Made by a program: the position numbers and the translations under genes
Origin: Octopus sinensis
Lineage: Eukaryota
Assembly (NCBI RefSeq): GCF_006345805.1
Contig: NC_042998.1
Coordinates: 184,202,001 to 184,266,000, forward strand
Reading direction: 5' to 3'
DNA: 64,000 nt
The notes under the pieces: generated by a model
What the model was told of the DNA's origin: nothing
The model's database searches: none
What the model saw: the letters and a program-made list of their open reading frames with translations, nothing else
In this document: piece by piece, positions 38,330 through 50,869 of the stretch
Layout of the letters: the number at the start of each line of letters is the position of its first letter
Position numbering within the stretch: the first letter of the stretch is position 1

Positions 38330-39760
38330 TTGTGAGACAGTGTCAACAGAAATCATCTTGATGTTCATAAACAAAAGCATGATAGACTAAGAAATCATGC
38401 ATCAAAGACTGAGAGAGGATGCATCATGGAATTACAGATTTTAGATCATTAACAGAAACATCATGGACAGACAGATCAATGATCATTAACCAATAATAAG
38501 TCATAGTCTGATAGATCATAGCTAGTAGACTGACAGTTCATTGATCATTGACTGGTAGATAATAGATCATGAACTAACTGCTCACAGATAGTTAACAGAC
38601 AAATCATATATCACAGACTGATCCTCACAGACTGAGAAATCCTGAATAATACTCTGAAAGTTCATGGGCTGGCATACTATAGATCATTAACTGGCGAGTC
38701 ATAGGTCGATGATAAATCATAGAACATAAATTAATAGATAAAAAATTGTAGACTGACAAATCTTTAAGTGACAAATATTAGATCATAGAGTCACAGATCA
38801 TAGCTCATAAACTAACAGCTCATTGAATGGCAGATCATTGATCATATACTGACATAACACTGATTATAAACTAATACATCATATGTCAAAGATTGACAGA
38901 CCATAGACTAATAGATCATAGATAAATATGTTGTAGACTATTGACTGACATATGATAGGCTAAGAAATCATAGATCATGGACTGATATGTTTATAGATAA
39001 AAAAAAACTAATAGATGATAAAACATAACTTGACAAATCGTAGATCATAAACTGACAGATCATATATCATAGATGCAGAGAACATAGATCATAGCCTGAA
39101 AGATCAAGGAGTGAAAATATTAGATCATAAAGTGACTCATTATAAATCGTAGATCATAGTTTTACAGATTGTAGATCACATATAGGCTGACATCATGGAC
39201 TGACCAATTATTGATCATAGATAATAGCCACATAATTTACTAGAAGGTCACAGGTTATAGATCATTAAACAGACATCTCATAGATTATAGACTGACAAAT
39301 AAAAGAGTATAAACCTACAAAAGATAGTTTTATGCACCAAAGATAATATGCTGATGGATTATAGATTATAAACTGACTGATTATAGATCTTAAACTGATA
39401 GAACATAGATCAAAAACTAGTGGATCATAAATCATACTCTGACAGAACATAGATCATAGATCATAGACAAGGAGACTAAGGAGTGGTAATATTACATCAT
39501 ACATGCAAAGGCTGACAGAACATACCATTTAGATTAACAAATCAGACATCACATGCTACAAGTCATAGATCATAAGCTGATAGACTAATAGATCATAAAC
39601 TGATGACAGATCACAGACTGACTGACCATAAAATTATCACTGGCGAACATCTTAGTCATAGACTGGTAGATTATAGACTGACAGATCACAGACTGATAAA
39701 TGTCATTTTATTGAATGATAGACTATAGATCCTAAACTGACAGATCATAGATTTACAAAT
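38330..39760. repeat. Degenerate minisatellite, ~1.4 kb, unit approximately (ta)gatcatagactgaca
   Basis: Dozens of gatcat(a)/actgac motifs at irregular spacing. Confidence 0.8.
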
Positions 39761-41631
39761 AAAAAATAACTTAGTAGAGCTAATCTAATATTTGATTTGG
39801 ATTTTTTCCCATATGCAACAATTCAAATCAATAAATATAATAGTTAGAGAGAAAACATATGAAGGATGGGGTCAAACATGGGCTTGATCTTGATGATTAA
39901 AACAAACTAAAGAATTAAAAGAGCATATGACAGCTGATTATTATTCTGTAGACAAGTGATTGAAGCAGAGTGTTATCTCATATCTGCTTAACATTACTAT
40001 GAGGGTACATGGCCTAGTGGTTAGAGTGTTGCACTCATGATTGTGAGATCATGGTTTCAATTCTTGGACTGGATGATGCAATGTGTTTTTGAGAAAAACA
40101 CTTCATTTCATGTTGCTCTGTTATCACTTTGATGCTGATATGTGATACACTGTGCAGCTGTTCAGGCAGCATCGATTTGATGGAAAAAGTGAGCTAATGT
40201 ACAGCACAAACATTTGATCACTATAAACAAATCATTTGTGCAGGGTGAAACCAAACAGGGATCCATTTATTTTCAGACACATTATCATAAAATGATTTCT
40301 CTCATAGTAAAATCATAGGAAATAATTGCTTTATATATCAAAGATTAGCTTCATATTCAGTAATGTTAAATGATGGTAGTCTCTTGTTGTCTGAGAAACA
40401 TGCTTCTGCATTTTCTTGAGTGATTGAGATATGGATTTTAGGAGGAAAGAGAGAAATAAATGCTACAAACATATTTTGTAGAGTTTTGTATATTTTTGCA
40501 TCAGAAAATTTTTGATTTGCTGTGAGTAGTTTAGGCTAAGACAACCTTGCATGTAAACATTTTTTTTGGAAACATTGATTTTAAGAAGTTTTAAGCTTAA
40601 CCTGTTTAGAATCAATTGACATTTCTATATGGAATTGAATTTCTTCTGAATGGATGGTAGGCAATGACCTGACCTTTTAGAATGTTATTAGCTACTGTCA
40701 TTTTAATATTTATTCAGTCAAGATGCCAAAATCTATTCTGTTTCATGTTTATAATTTTTGACTGAATTTAATATGATGGAAGTCTAATCAACAGTAACAA
40801 TATTTAACTATCTTTTAAAATGTTACATTCGCATGTATATGCAATATAGATGTGTATGCAATATAAAGTCAAAAAGTTTACCTTGCAATCATAAGGTTCT
40901 AGGTTCAACCCTACTGTGTGTCATCTTGGAGCAAGTGTCTTTTACTATAACCTTGTGTCAACTCAAGCCTTGAGAGTGAAGGGTAGAGGGAAACTGTGTG
41001 AAAGTTCATTGAATATATTGTATCTGTAATTCAAAGTTTCAGTGTTGTCACTTACTGTCAAGTTGATTCTACTCATCTGAGAATTGTGTTAAAAGTACAT
41101 GTGCCTATGGAATAGTCAACCACTTATGCACTTAATTTGATGAGCAGAAAATTCAATTGATCAAACAGCTGAATGCCCATCGTTGAAACCAACAGGGATC
41201 CACTTATTCTCAGACACATTATCATAAAATGATTTCTCTCATGATAAAATAATAAGAAATAATTGCCTTATATTTCACAGTTTAGCTTCAAATTCAGTAA
41301 TGTTAAATGATAGTAGTCACTTGTATTTGGAGAAAGATGGTTCTGTAGTTTCTTGCTGAACAATTTGTGTTATACATTATCTCACTCCTTCCATCAAACT
41401 GACATTGCCTAAACAGGTGTATAGTGTATCGCATCTCAAGTATTGAAGTGATCTCAGAGATGAAGTGCTTTGCTCAAAAACACAATGCATCATCCAGTCC
41501 AGGAATTGAAACCATGATCTCCCAATCACGAGTGCAACACCCTAATCACTAGGCCATGCATCCTCATAGTAATGTTAAGTAGATATGAGATAACATTCTC
41601 CTTCAGTGAAACACCAATATATCACAGGTAA

Positions 41632-42115
41632 TCATCATCATCATCATCTTTGTTTAACGTCTGCTTTCGGTGCTAGCATGGGTCAGATGATTTAACTGAG
41701 GGCTGGCGAACCAGATGGCTGCACCAGGCTTCAATCTTGATCTGGCAGAGTTTCTACAGCTGGATGCCCTTCCTAATGCCATCCACTCTGAGAGAGTAGT
41801 GGGTGCTTTTACGTGCCACCAGCAAGAGGGCCAGTCAGGTGGTACTGGCAATGACCTCACGCAAATCTTTTTACACATGCCACCGGCACAGGTGCCAGTA
41901 AGGCAATGCTGATAATGATCACGCTCGAATGGTGCTCTTAGCACCCTACTAGCATGGGGCTCAAGTGCCAGTAAGTTGACGCTGGTAGCGATCACACTTG
42001 AATGGTGCCTTTTATGTGCCACTGGCACGGAAGCCGGTTAGCCGCTCTGTCAACGATCACACTCGTATAGTGCTCTTTGCACCCCACTAGCACGGATGAC
42101 AGTCATCAAATTTGA
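41632..42115 (-). mobile_element. SINE family A with expanded internal tandem module
   Basis: Same structure as the 35410 copy. Confidence 0.85.
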
Positions 42116-42184
42116 TTTTCATTTCACTTGCCTCAACAGGTCTTCGCAAGAAATATTAAGTGGTGAGCTTCGCAAGAAATATTA

Positions 42185-42390
42185 AGGTGGTGAGCTGGCA
42201 GAATTGTTAACTTGTAGCATTTCATCCATCTTTACATTCTAAGTTCAAATTTCACTGAGGCCCACTTTGCTTTTCATCCATTTGGGGTTGATAAAATGAG
42301 TACCAGTTGAGTACTGTGATCGATGTTATAGACTTAACCCTTCCCCCTAAAATTGCTGGTATTGTGCCAAAATTTGAAACCAATATTTCT
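42185..42390 (+). mobile_element. SINE family C
   Basis: Matches the 38030 and 61918 copies. Confidence 0.8.
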
Positions 42391-42729
42391 AGAAATATTG
42401 GTATCTATGGCACACTGTAAGGAAACATTGAGCTATGTTGGTCAGTTATAAATTCAAGAAAATGTATATTGTAGATATAAATTCATTGGCCTCAAATAAA
42501 TTAATAGACACAAACACCTGCTTGATCTAAGCATATTTATAAAACTTAGACAAAGGAGAAAGATATGTACTCAGCTCTGTTTTTGGAGCCTCTGAGATTA
42601 GTAGAAGGAAAGCAGGAATTCATCCTGTCACATGGCTCAAATGCTTACAGCAGGGTGGACTCTACTGAAATCACCCACAACCCAGACAATGGTGTGAAAC
42701 TGGGCAATGAATTAAATCTATTAAATCTA

Positions 42730-43120
42730 TAGGTGCAGGAGTGGCTGTGTGGTAAGTAGCTTGCTTACCAACCACACAGTTCCGGGTTCAGTCCCACTGC
42801 GTGGCACCTTGGACAAGAGTCTTCTACTATAGCCTCGGGCTGACGAAAGCCTTGTGAGTGGATTTGGTAGACGGAAACTGAAAAAAGCCCATCGTATATA
42901 TGTATATATATATGTGTGTATGTGTTTGTGTGTCTGTGTTTGTCTCCCCAACATCGCTTGACAACCGATGCTGGTGTGTTTACATCCCCATTACTTAGCA
43001 GTTCAGCAAAAGAGACTAGGCTTACAAAGAATAAGTCCTGGGGTCGATTTGCTCGACTAAAAGGCAGCGCTCCAGCATGGCCGCAGTCAAAAGACTGAAA
43101 CAAGTAAAAGAGAAAAGAGA
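42730..43120 (+). mobile_element. SINE family B
   Basis: Full-length copy. Confidence 0.85.
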
Positions 43121-43810
43121 GAGGCAAAAAAAAAATCTCTGATGAGCTTCTGCAAATTTTCCTTTCACCAAGTTTTGCTCACAAAGCAATGAAATTTGGT
43201 AGATAGAAACTGTGTGGAAGCTATGGTAGAAGACACTTTAGGTTCACTGTATTGCTGATGTGAGAGAGTGAACCCTAGACGAACATAATTGTGAAGTAAA
43301 CTTCCTCCCCACACAGCCTTCCTTTTCCCTTTTTGCTACAGCACTTCTAGATTAGTTGACCCATATTTCACTAAATTAACATGTCCCGTTGTCCCAGTTT
43401 TATGGTATTCATCCTAGAATTAAACAATAAACTGATGTCTTGAAAGAATATTTTATAATGGTGTTTTGTTCTGTGTTTTTTTTTTAATCTTAATATTAAT
43501 TTCAAAAATAAATTGTTGTTTTTTTTTTTGTAAATATTTTTCAGTTTGTTTTTATGTTGTTTTTTTTTTTAATTAAAAACTTGTTCATTCAATTATCTTA
43601 ACCATTAACTTCAGAAATTAGTCATGTGCATTTTATGCTTTTATACATCGTGATTTTAACCATTTAAAATTTAATTAATATTTTGATGAATGATTTAGCA
43701 GAACATGCTATTTATAATTCTTATTCTCATACTTAAAAGGTATTCTATGAGTGTGAATGTGCATGTCTGTGCACATACACGTGTGTGTGCACATGTGTGT
43801 GTGTGTGTGC

Positions 43811-43847
<37 letters not shown>

Positions 43848-44419
43848 CTGATATCTTACCTGTCCTATTTGTGTATTGGAAAATATGCTCTCCTCACGAT
43901 ACAATTATATCATTAACTGAGTTATTTGGAATGTCTTCCATCAAGCATATGTGTATCCACTTTGTTTAAAACTGAGAATTGTGATTTATATTTACTTTTT
44001 TTCTGTAGGTTAGAGCAAATTTTGCCCCTTCACTATTTTTCAACTGTTTATGATATTTGTGCATATTTCAAGTGAAAGCACTTAGCTTACAAAAGCTGTA
44101 GTATTTTTGACATTTGTAAATTTCATTCAAATGGCAAGGATTTGGAAATACTTATTTAATTTCTATTCATAACTACTTAAAAGATGTGCTTTATATCCTT
44201 GTGTATCTCTTTACAGCCAGATTGACTGAGTCATTGGGTACTAAAATAGCCATATACACAGTACAGTACCAACAACAGAATGGGATTTGTTGACCAGCTA
44301 GCAGGCTTGGTCAGCTGTAAATTTCTGTCTAGTATTTTGACTAGTATCTTTGTTTGATACTATGTTTATGACTCACTAATTATTCAGCTACGGATCAACA
44401 TATACTCATTAACTCATTA

Positions 44420-44576
44420 ACTTGTTTCAGTTATTTGACTGTGGCCATGCTGGAGCACCACCTTTAGTCGAGCAAATCGACCCCAAGACTTATTCTTTGT
44501 AAGCCTAGTACTTATTCTATCAGTTTTTTTTTTTGCCGAACACAGACACACAAACACACACACAAACACACACACA

Positions 44577-44639
<63 letters not shown>

Positions 44640-44808
44640 TATATGATGGGCTTCTTTCAGTTTCTGTCTTCCAAATCCACTCACAAGGCTTTGGTCGGCC
44701 TGAGGCTATAGTAGAAGACACTTGCCCAAGGTTCCACGCAGTGGGACTGAACCCGGAACCATGTGGTTGGTAAGCAAGCTACTTACCACACAGCCACTCC
44801 TACGCCTA
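44420..44808 (-). mobile_element. SINE family B
   Basis: Full-length copy, inverted relative to both neighbours. Confidence 0.85.
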
Positions 44809-45175
44809 TATACAGTACATTGTGATTACAGTAAAGTGACACCTTAACTTATTTATACTTTACTTCATTAATTCTACTTCACTGATGTACAGTGAAGCAA
44901 ACAGTAAACTAATACTGTATTTTCTAGCAATCAAGTCAACATAGAATACAAGGTAAACATGTAGTGTAAACATTCAAACATTGTCACTGTTTTTCCAAGT
45001 CCTGCCGCCTTTCACATGGAAGTTTTCCTCCTCCAAAGTTGTCTTGGCAAATAAGATGACCTACTTTTTTTGACAATAAATTTTGGTCTGGAAAATTCGC
45101 TGGGAAATATGATATTGTTCTGTTACAGAACTGTAGAATTAATGCAAAGTAAAGGATCAAATAGATGCTTATATT

Positions 45176-45345
45176 AGGCATAGGAGTGGCTGTGTGGTAA
45201 GTAGCTTGCTTACCAACCACATGGTTTCGGGTTCAGTCCCACTGCGTGGCACCTTGAGCAAATGTCTTCTCCTATAGCCTTGGGCTGACCAAAGCTTTGT
45301 GAGTGGATTTGGTAGATGGAAACTGAAAGAAGCCCGTCATATATA

Positions 45346-45382
<37 letters not shown>

Positions 45383-45600
45383 GCCCATATATGTCTGTGA
45401 GTCAATGTTTGTCCCTTCCCCCCCAACATCGCTTGACAACCGATGCTGGTGTGTTTACATCACCGTAACTTAGTGGTTCGGCAAAAGAGACCAATAGAAT
45501 AAGTACTGGGCTTACAAAGAATAAGTCCTGGAGTAAATTTGCTCAACTAAAGGCGGTTCTCCAGCATGGTCACAGTCAAATGACTGAAACAAGTAAAAGA
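45176..45600 (+). mobile_element. SINE family B
   Basis: Full-length copy ending ~120 bp before the exon 4 acceptor. Confidence 0.85.
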
Positions 45601-45722
45601 ATATTACCTAGTATGATTTTATAACAATATAGCACCTAGTATGATCACAATGATATAGTCTCACTACAATAATGGATTCACTATTGTCTAATATAAGTTT
45701 TTATTCTTCTTGTCTTTTCTAG

Positions 45723-45857
45723 TTTAAATGCTGTGGCATATCTCACAGTGAATATGGTTATAGAGATTGGCAAGCTAATATCTATTTCAACTGCTCTCGA
45801 TTTAATCCAAGTTCAGAACGATGTGCCGTACCAATGTCTTGTTGTATTTTTAAATAT
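45723..45857 (+). CDS. Tetraspanin exon 4 (CCG motif and TspanC8 variable region), 45 codons
   Basis: tgtcttttctag|TTTAAA...AAATAT|gtaagt; FKCCGISHSEYGYRDWQANIYFNCSRFNPSSERCAVPMSCCIFKY. Absent from the ORF track because it is under 60 aa. Confidence 0.96.
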
Positions 45858-46346
45858 GTAAGTTCAATCATTTTCCATCAATCTCATTTTATTCTATTCC
45901 TAGAATATTTCTCTTATTATAAAATTAAAGTCACATGATAATTTATCTTCTGAAAATCCAAACGCAAATAATTCAGATAATATTTTCCATTTGAGAATCA
46001 GAACAAGTTCAGCAGGTCTAATGAAATGCCATGGATTTAGAAGAATTAAATGCTACCTATATCAAGGAAAACAAGGAATGGGAAGAAGAATGGTTTCATT
46101 CTGATTATGTTTGTTAATACTCTAGTTCTGAGTATTTAATCTGCTCAATATGTCATTAGATGTGAGGGAATGTGACCTAAATATATTATCAATTTTTTTT
46201 TTTGTATTCTTCATTCGTTTTTATGTTTATTTGTTTGATCAAGAAGAGAAAGATGTATTCATAGACTTTGAAGACATTTTGAAACTGATAAAATTTATAT
46301 CATTAATGTTTTACTTGAACTGTTGCAAGTTGGCAGCTATAGAAAA

Positions 46347-46820
46347 ATCATCATCATCTTCATCATCATCATCGTTTAACGTCCGCTTTCCATGCTAGCA
46401 TGGGTTGGACGATTTGACTGAGGGCCAGCGAACCAGATGGCTGCACCAGGCTTCAATCTTGATCTGGCAGAGTTTCTACAGCTGGATGCCTTTCCTAACG
46501 CCAACCACTCCGAGAGTGTAATAGGTGCTTTTACGTGCCACCGGCACAGGGGCCGGTCAGACAGTACTGGCAACGACCTCGCTTGAATCTTTTTACACAT
46601 GCCACCAGCACAGGTGCCAGTAAGGTGATGCTGGTAACGATTATGCTTGAATGGTGCTTTTTATGTGCCACCAGCACGAAGGCTAGTTTGCTGCTCTGGC
46701 AACGATCATACTCAGATGGTGCTCTTAGCACCCTACTAGCACAGGGCTCTAGTGCCAGTAAGGTGATGCTAGTAATGATCACACTCATATGGTGCTCTTT
46801 GCACCCTGCTAGCATGGATA
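46347..46820 (-). mobile_element. SINE family A with expanded internal tandem module
   Basis: Same structure as the 35410 copy. Confidence 0.85.
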
Positions 46821-46824
46821 AATA

Positions 46825-46875
46825 AATTAATTAATTAATTAATTAATTAATTAATTAATTAATTAATTAATTAAT
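46825..46875. repeat. (TTAA)n microsatellite
   Basis: Direct reading. Confidence 0.95.
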
Positions 46876-47344
46876 AAATATAGGCATGCAAGGAGAGATT
46901 GCCTGAAAGCCAATGTTCTAAGAAGGCAGGACTGGATGTAATGGGTAATACAAGGCCTGGTGGTGGTGTTTAGACACAATATACATGATGAAAGAAAGAA
47001 AAGCAAATGCACTTAGAGTGCTTGAGTTGAAGTGGAATGAGATTAGCCAGTGTTGAAGAACAGAAGCCACTGTAATAACAGTATAGATGGCAAGGAGAGG
47101 ACACAGCACATCTGTGGGTCAAATAGCTCTTGTCTCAATGTAGTCATTGTGATGCAACTTTTGCTATATTGAAAATATACACTTATCAAGAGAGATCCTC
47201 AGTAATCATGAGGCCTAGTATTTACATGGTGTGGAGGCACAGTCTGTTTGGGTAGGAATGGAAGTGTGATCATGATCTGACAGGAATCCACTAAAACATT
47301 TGTTTAAATATAAGTTCATTGTAAATTGTTTCTACCTCCTGCAC

Positions 47345-47568
47345 TGGAGAAAAAGCACCATCCGATCGTGGCCATTGCCAGCCTCGCCTGGCACCTGTGT
47401 TGGTGGCACGTAAAAAGCACCCACTACACTCACAGAGTGATTGGTGTTAGGAAGGGCATCCAGCTGTAGAAACACTGCCAGATCAGACTGGAGCCTGGTG
47501 CAGCCTCCTGGCTTCCCAGACCCTGGTCAAACCGTTCAACCCATGCCAGCATGGAAAACGGACGTTAA

Positions 47569-47605
<37 letters not shown>
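47345..47605 (+). mobile_element. SINE family A
   Basis: Conserved core and (GAT)n tail. Confidence 0.85.
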
Positions 47606-47606
<1 letters not shown>

Positions 47607-47804
47607 AAGAATTAGTCACATAAATATTGCTCTTCAATATCAAGTATATTTGATACAGGTGATTTCCAAATATTTTCACTCTGCAACCACTTGGTTTCAG
47701 TTTAGGCTCACTGCACAACATCTTGGGCAACTGTCTTCTACTATAGCCCTAGGCTATTGTAGATTTCATTGATAAAAACTGTGTGGAATCCCATCATATA
47801 TATA

Positions 47805-48803
47805 CACTGAACCGCAAAAGAAATGCAAGACATGTGTGACTGTGAAATATGTTTTAATATCATTATATCAGAGATAAATTTTTATAAATCTGATAATGTC
47901 AATTTCTTTGATGCACCTTGACCACAGTCTATGGGTCATTGTCATGTGTTCTGGTAGTGGGCAAATCCAGCACCTCGAGATTGTAGGGCATGACATGTTC
48001 AATACCATGTATACCCTCCTTGGGTGTTCAAAGCAGCCATACACTGTCGGTACAGGGAGTGCATGAGGCGGTTCACAAAAGCCATTGGCACCTGTGACCA
48101 CACCCTGAGGAAAGCTGCTTCCAGTTCTATATGAGTTGTTGGCCTTGGGACCACCTGGTTTAGCCGTTTCTGGATTTAATCCAACAAGTGTTCAATTGGG
48201 TTCAAATCTAGGCTGAGAGCGGGCCATGGCATGGTTCTGAAGTTGTGCTAACACAGAAAGTCCATGTGGAAGGAAGCATTGTCCTGCTGGAACATGTGGC
48301 TATGGTGACATGTGAAAAAGGGCACGATGTGAGGTCTTAGATCTAGTCAATGTAGAGCTGCACTGTGAAGCCATTCCTTCTGCTTGTACCAACATTTTGG
48401 AACACATGGGGCCCAGTTCTCTGATTTAGGCCTATAACATCCCAAACCATGATGTTTTGGCCACCCCACGCATCTCTCTCTATGATACATGTGTCTCTGT
48501 AGTGTTCACCCCTCCTATGCCACACCCTCACTCTGCTATCCAAGGTGAAAATGCAGTACCGGCTCTCCTCAGAGAAGACTATCAACTTCCATTGTTGATG
48601 TCGCCAATGTCAGTGCTGTGTAGCCCACTATAGTCGCACTTGATGGTGGCAGGTGGTGAAGACAGGCCCTCAAGCAGGATGACAGTAATGCAGGTTGTTG
48701 GCGGCCAATCAATGTTGTACCATCCAGTCCCAATGGTCTTGAGAGCTGTCATGCTGGCCAGTCTGAAGTGATCATGGAGGTGTTGCAGGTGGATGAAGCG
48801 GTC
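47805..48803 (-). mobile_element. Tc1-family (DD34E) transposon fragment, 5'-truncated and decayed
   Basis: Minus-strand motifs RFIHLQHLHDHFR, WATQH*HWRHQQWK, IVFSEESRYC..RVRVWHRRGE, FQQDNA, WPALSLDLNPIEHL. One TIR end, TA|CACTGAACCGCAAAAGAAATGCAAG, at 47805. Confidence 0.9.
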
Positions 48804-49850
48804 TTTAGTACTACTAATCTTTCTAAATTACTTTACTTAGATGTGAGTGTAGTAAATGTTTTTATGAAGAAGTTTGATGAAATTATAACCAAGTGCTATG
48901 ATTTGTGAAAATTGAGTCTTGAAAGTTGTGAAATCAATGATGCTGTGTGTAGTTATATTAGTGAAAACCAGCAACTCGAGGTTCTGGATATCAGAGACGA
49001 TAGTCTTATGCCTATTGCTTCCTACTGTCAAAAACTGGCATCTTTAAATCTTGCCTGGATGAGACTTGAACAACACAGCTTCATGTGTCTTAGCTTATGA
49101 TTACCTGAAAGTTTACTCAAACTAAATCTCTCTATATATAAACGGCAGTTTGTCTGTGTGTGTTTCTGTGTGTCTGTTAGGTTGTACCCTCACCCTGACC
49201 ACAGCTTTCAACCGATTCTGATGAAACTTGACACACACATAGCCCAATGTCATAATTCAAAACTAACGCAGCGAAAATTTTGAAAAGTTCCCCCAGTTCT
49301 GAAAAAAATCGATAAATTCGACATGGGGTCAAGAATCAGAAACACAAACCACAGACTGTCTAGGGGACGCAACTCGACCTTTTTAACTGAAAGAAAAATT
49401 TACCTTCATTTTTTGGCTATTACTCTCTAAAAATGCTTTATAGTTATTTCCCTTACAAACCCGAGCAACGCCGGGCGATACTGCTAGTTCTAAATATTAG
49501 TGGGCTCTGAGAAAATTTGACAGATGAATACATTATCCAGTTCAAGAAAACTTCCCAGCCCTTTATTTCAGTCATTCCTCATCTATCAAAGAAAATTCTG
49601 TCAATGTAATTATTTGTTTGAAGAATTTGGATCATCTTTCTTTGACAAGATGTAATCATATCTTACAAGTTTTACTTAATTCCTTGAGAAACTTACCTCA
49701 GCTGTCTTTAACATTTATGGAATGTTACCTGATGGAATGTTGTAACACTTCAGTAATGCCCTTAGTAAAGTGGTGATAAATAAATGTCCCTTCCCAAAGA
49801 TTTCTCAGCTTATGACTGCTGTCCATCTAGGGATAAAGAGTCAGAGATAA
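48804..49850 (+). pseudogene. SKP2: Processed, 5'-truncated SKP2 (F-box/LRR) retrocopy, interrupted by a Helitron-like insertion
   Basis: Reads KLLYLDVSVVNVFMKKFDEIITKCYDL*KLSLESCEINDAVCSYISENQQLEVLDI..YCQKLASLNLAW..LPESLLKLN | LNISGL*ENLTDEYIIQ..LKNLDHLSLTRCNHI..NIYGMLPDGML*HFSNALSKVVINK..HLGIKSQR*. This is collinear with the SKP2 C-terminal LRRs as I recall them (LQNLSLEG, LNLSW, LNLSGYRKNL, LQHLSLSRC, FGIVPDG, WGIK). It has no introns, and has in-frame stops (48906, 49098, 49508) and frameshifts. Confidence 0.88.
49127..49487 (+). mobile_element. Non-autonomous Helitron-like element (copy 2)
   Basis: 5' TCTCTCTATATATAAA; 3' hairpin CCCGAGCAACGCCGGG followed by CGATACTGCTAG. The last ~70 bp are shared with the copy at 22116-22513. 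Confidence 0.8.
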
Positions 49851-50869
49851 TCTTCTATGAAGTTCTTGTGATTAATCTTCTTTTCTTTTTCTTCTTTCAC
49901 CACTCATTTCACAGCCTCTCATCATTAACATTTTAATTGGACTGATATAAATAAATGCAAGGAAGGCCATTATTCTCACATGTTTGTTCTTGAATCTCAG
50001 CAGTTGAAAGAATTAACTTACAGATCTTTGTTGTACCACTCAGGCTGGGATTTGTACTTTGCTTCACGATAGCACATTGTATTATTATATCCTAATCTCT
50101 TTGTATTCCATTTTCTAAATCTCTTAAGACTTACTGTGAAAATTAAATTCATTTGCTGACCAGAAACTATTATCCTTTATGTAAATGTCTAGGTTTTATT
50201 TACATTGACAAATTGGTTTCTCATATTAAATGTTTTTAGCATTGAATTTCATCGTCTATTCTATCCTGGTAATTCTATGTAAATTTTTAATATTATCAAG
50301 CAGCAAATTAGTTTTGTATATTTTTTAATGTTGCATTGTTTTGTTTGTATCTTTGAACACAAAAAAATTATTTTTTTAATGAAAGTTCTGTAAAATAATT
50401 CAATTTAGTAACTAATGATTTAATGAAATGAGATGCAAAGCAATGCTTAGCAACAAGATTTCCCGTACATGTTTCAATTAATGGATGCTAGTTCTTACTC
50501 ATGCTTCCACTGTGTATGTGGATATGTGCATGTGTGTGTGTGTGTGTGCATGTACATGTACACATGTACACACTTAAACACAAACACACACACACATACA
50601 CATATATACACACACACAATACATACAAAATCAAATACGCACCATTTCCCAACCACATGGTCTCTGGTCATAGGGAAATATCATTGTCCTTGTAAACAAG
50701 TGAAGATTAGTGACAGGAAGAGCACCTTGGTGTAGAAAATCTATCTTAATAAATTCTATTTGACCCATGCAACCATGGAAAAGTGAATGTTAAAACAATA
50801 ATGATATATACATACACACATATGCACACACACATATATACATACAGACAGACAGACACACACATAGAT

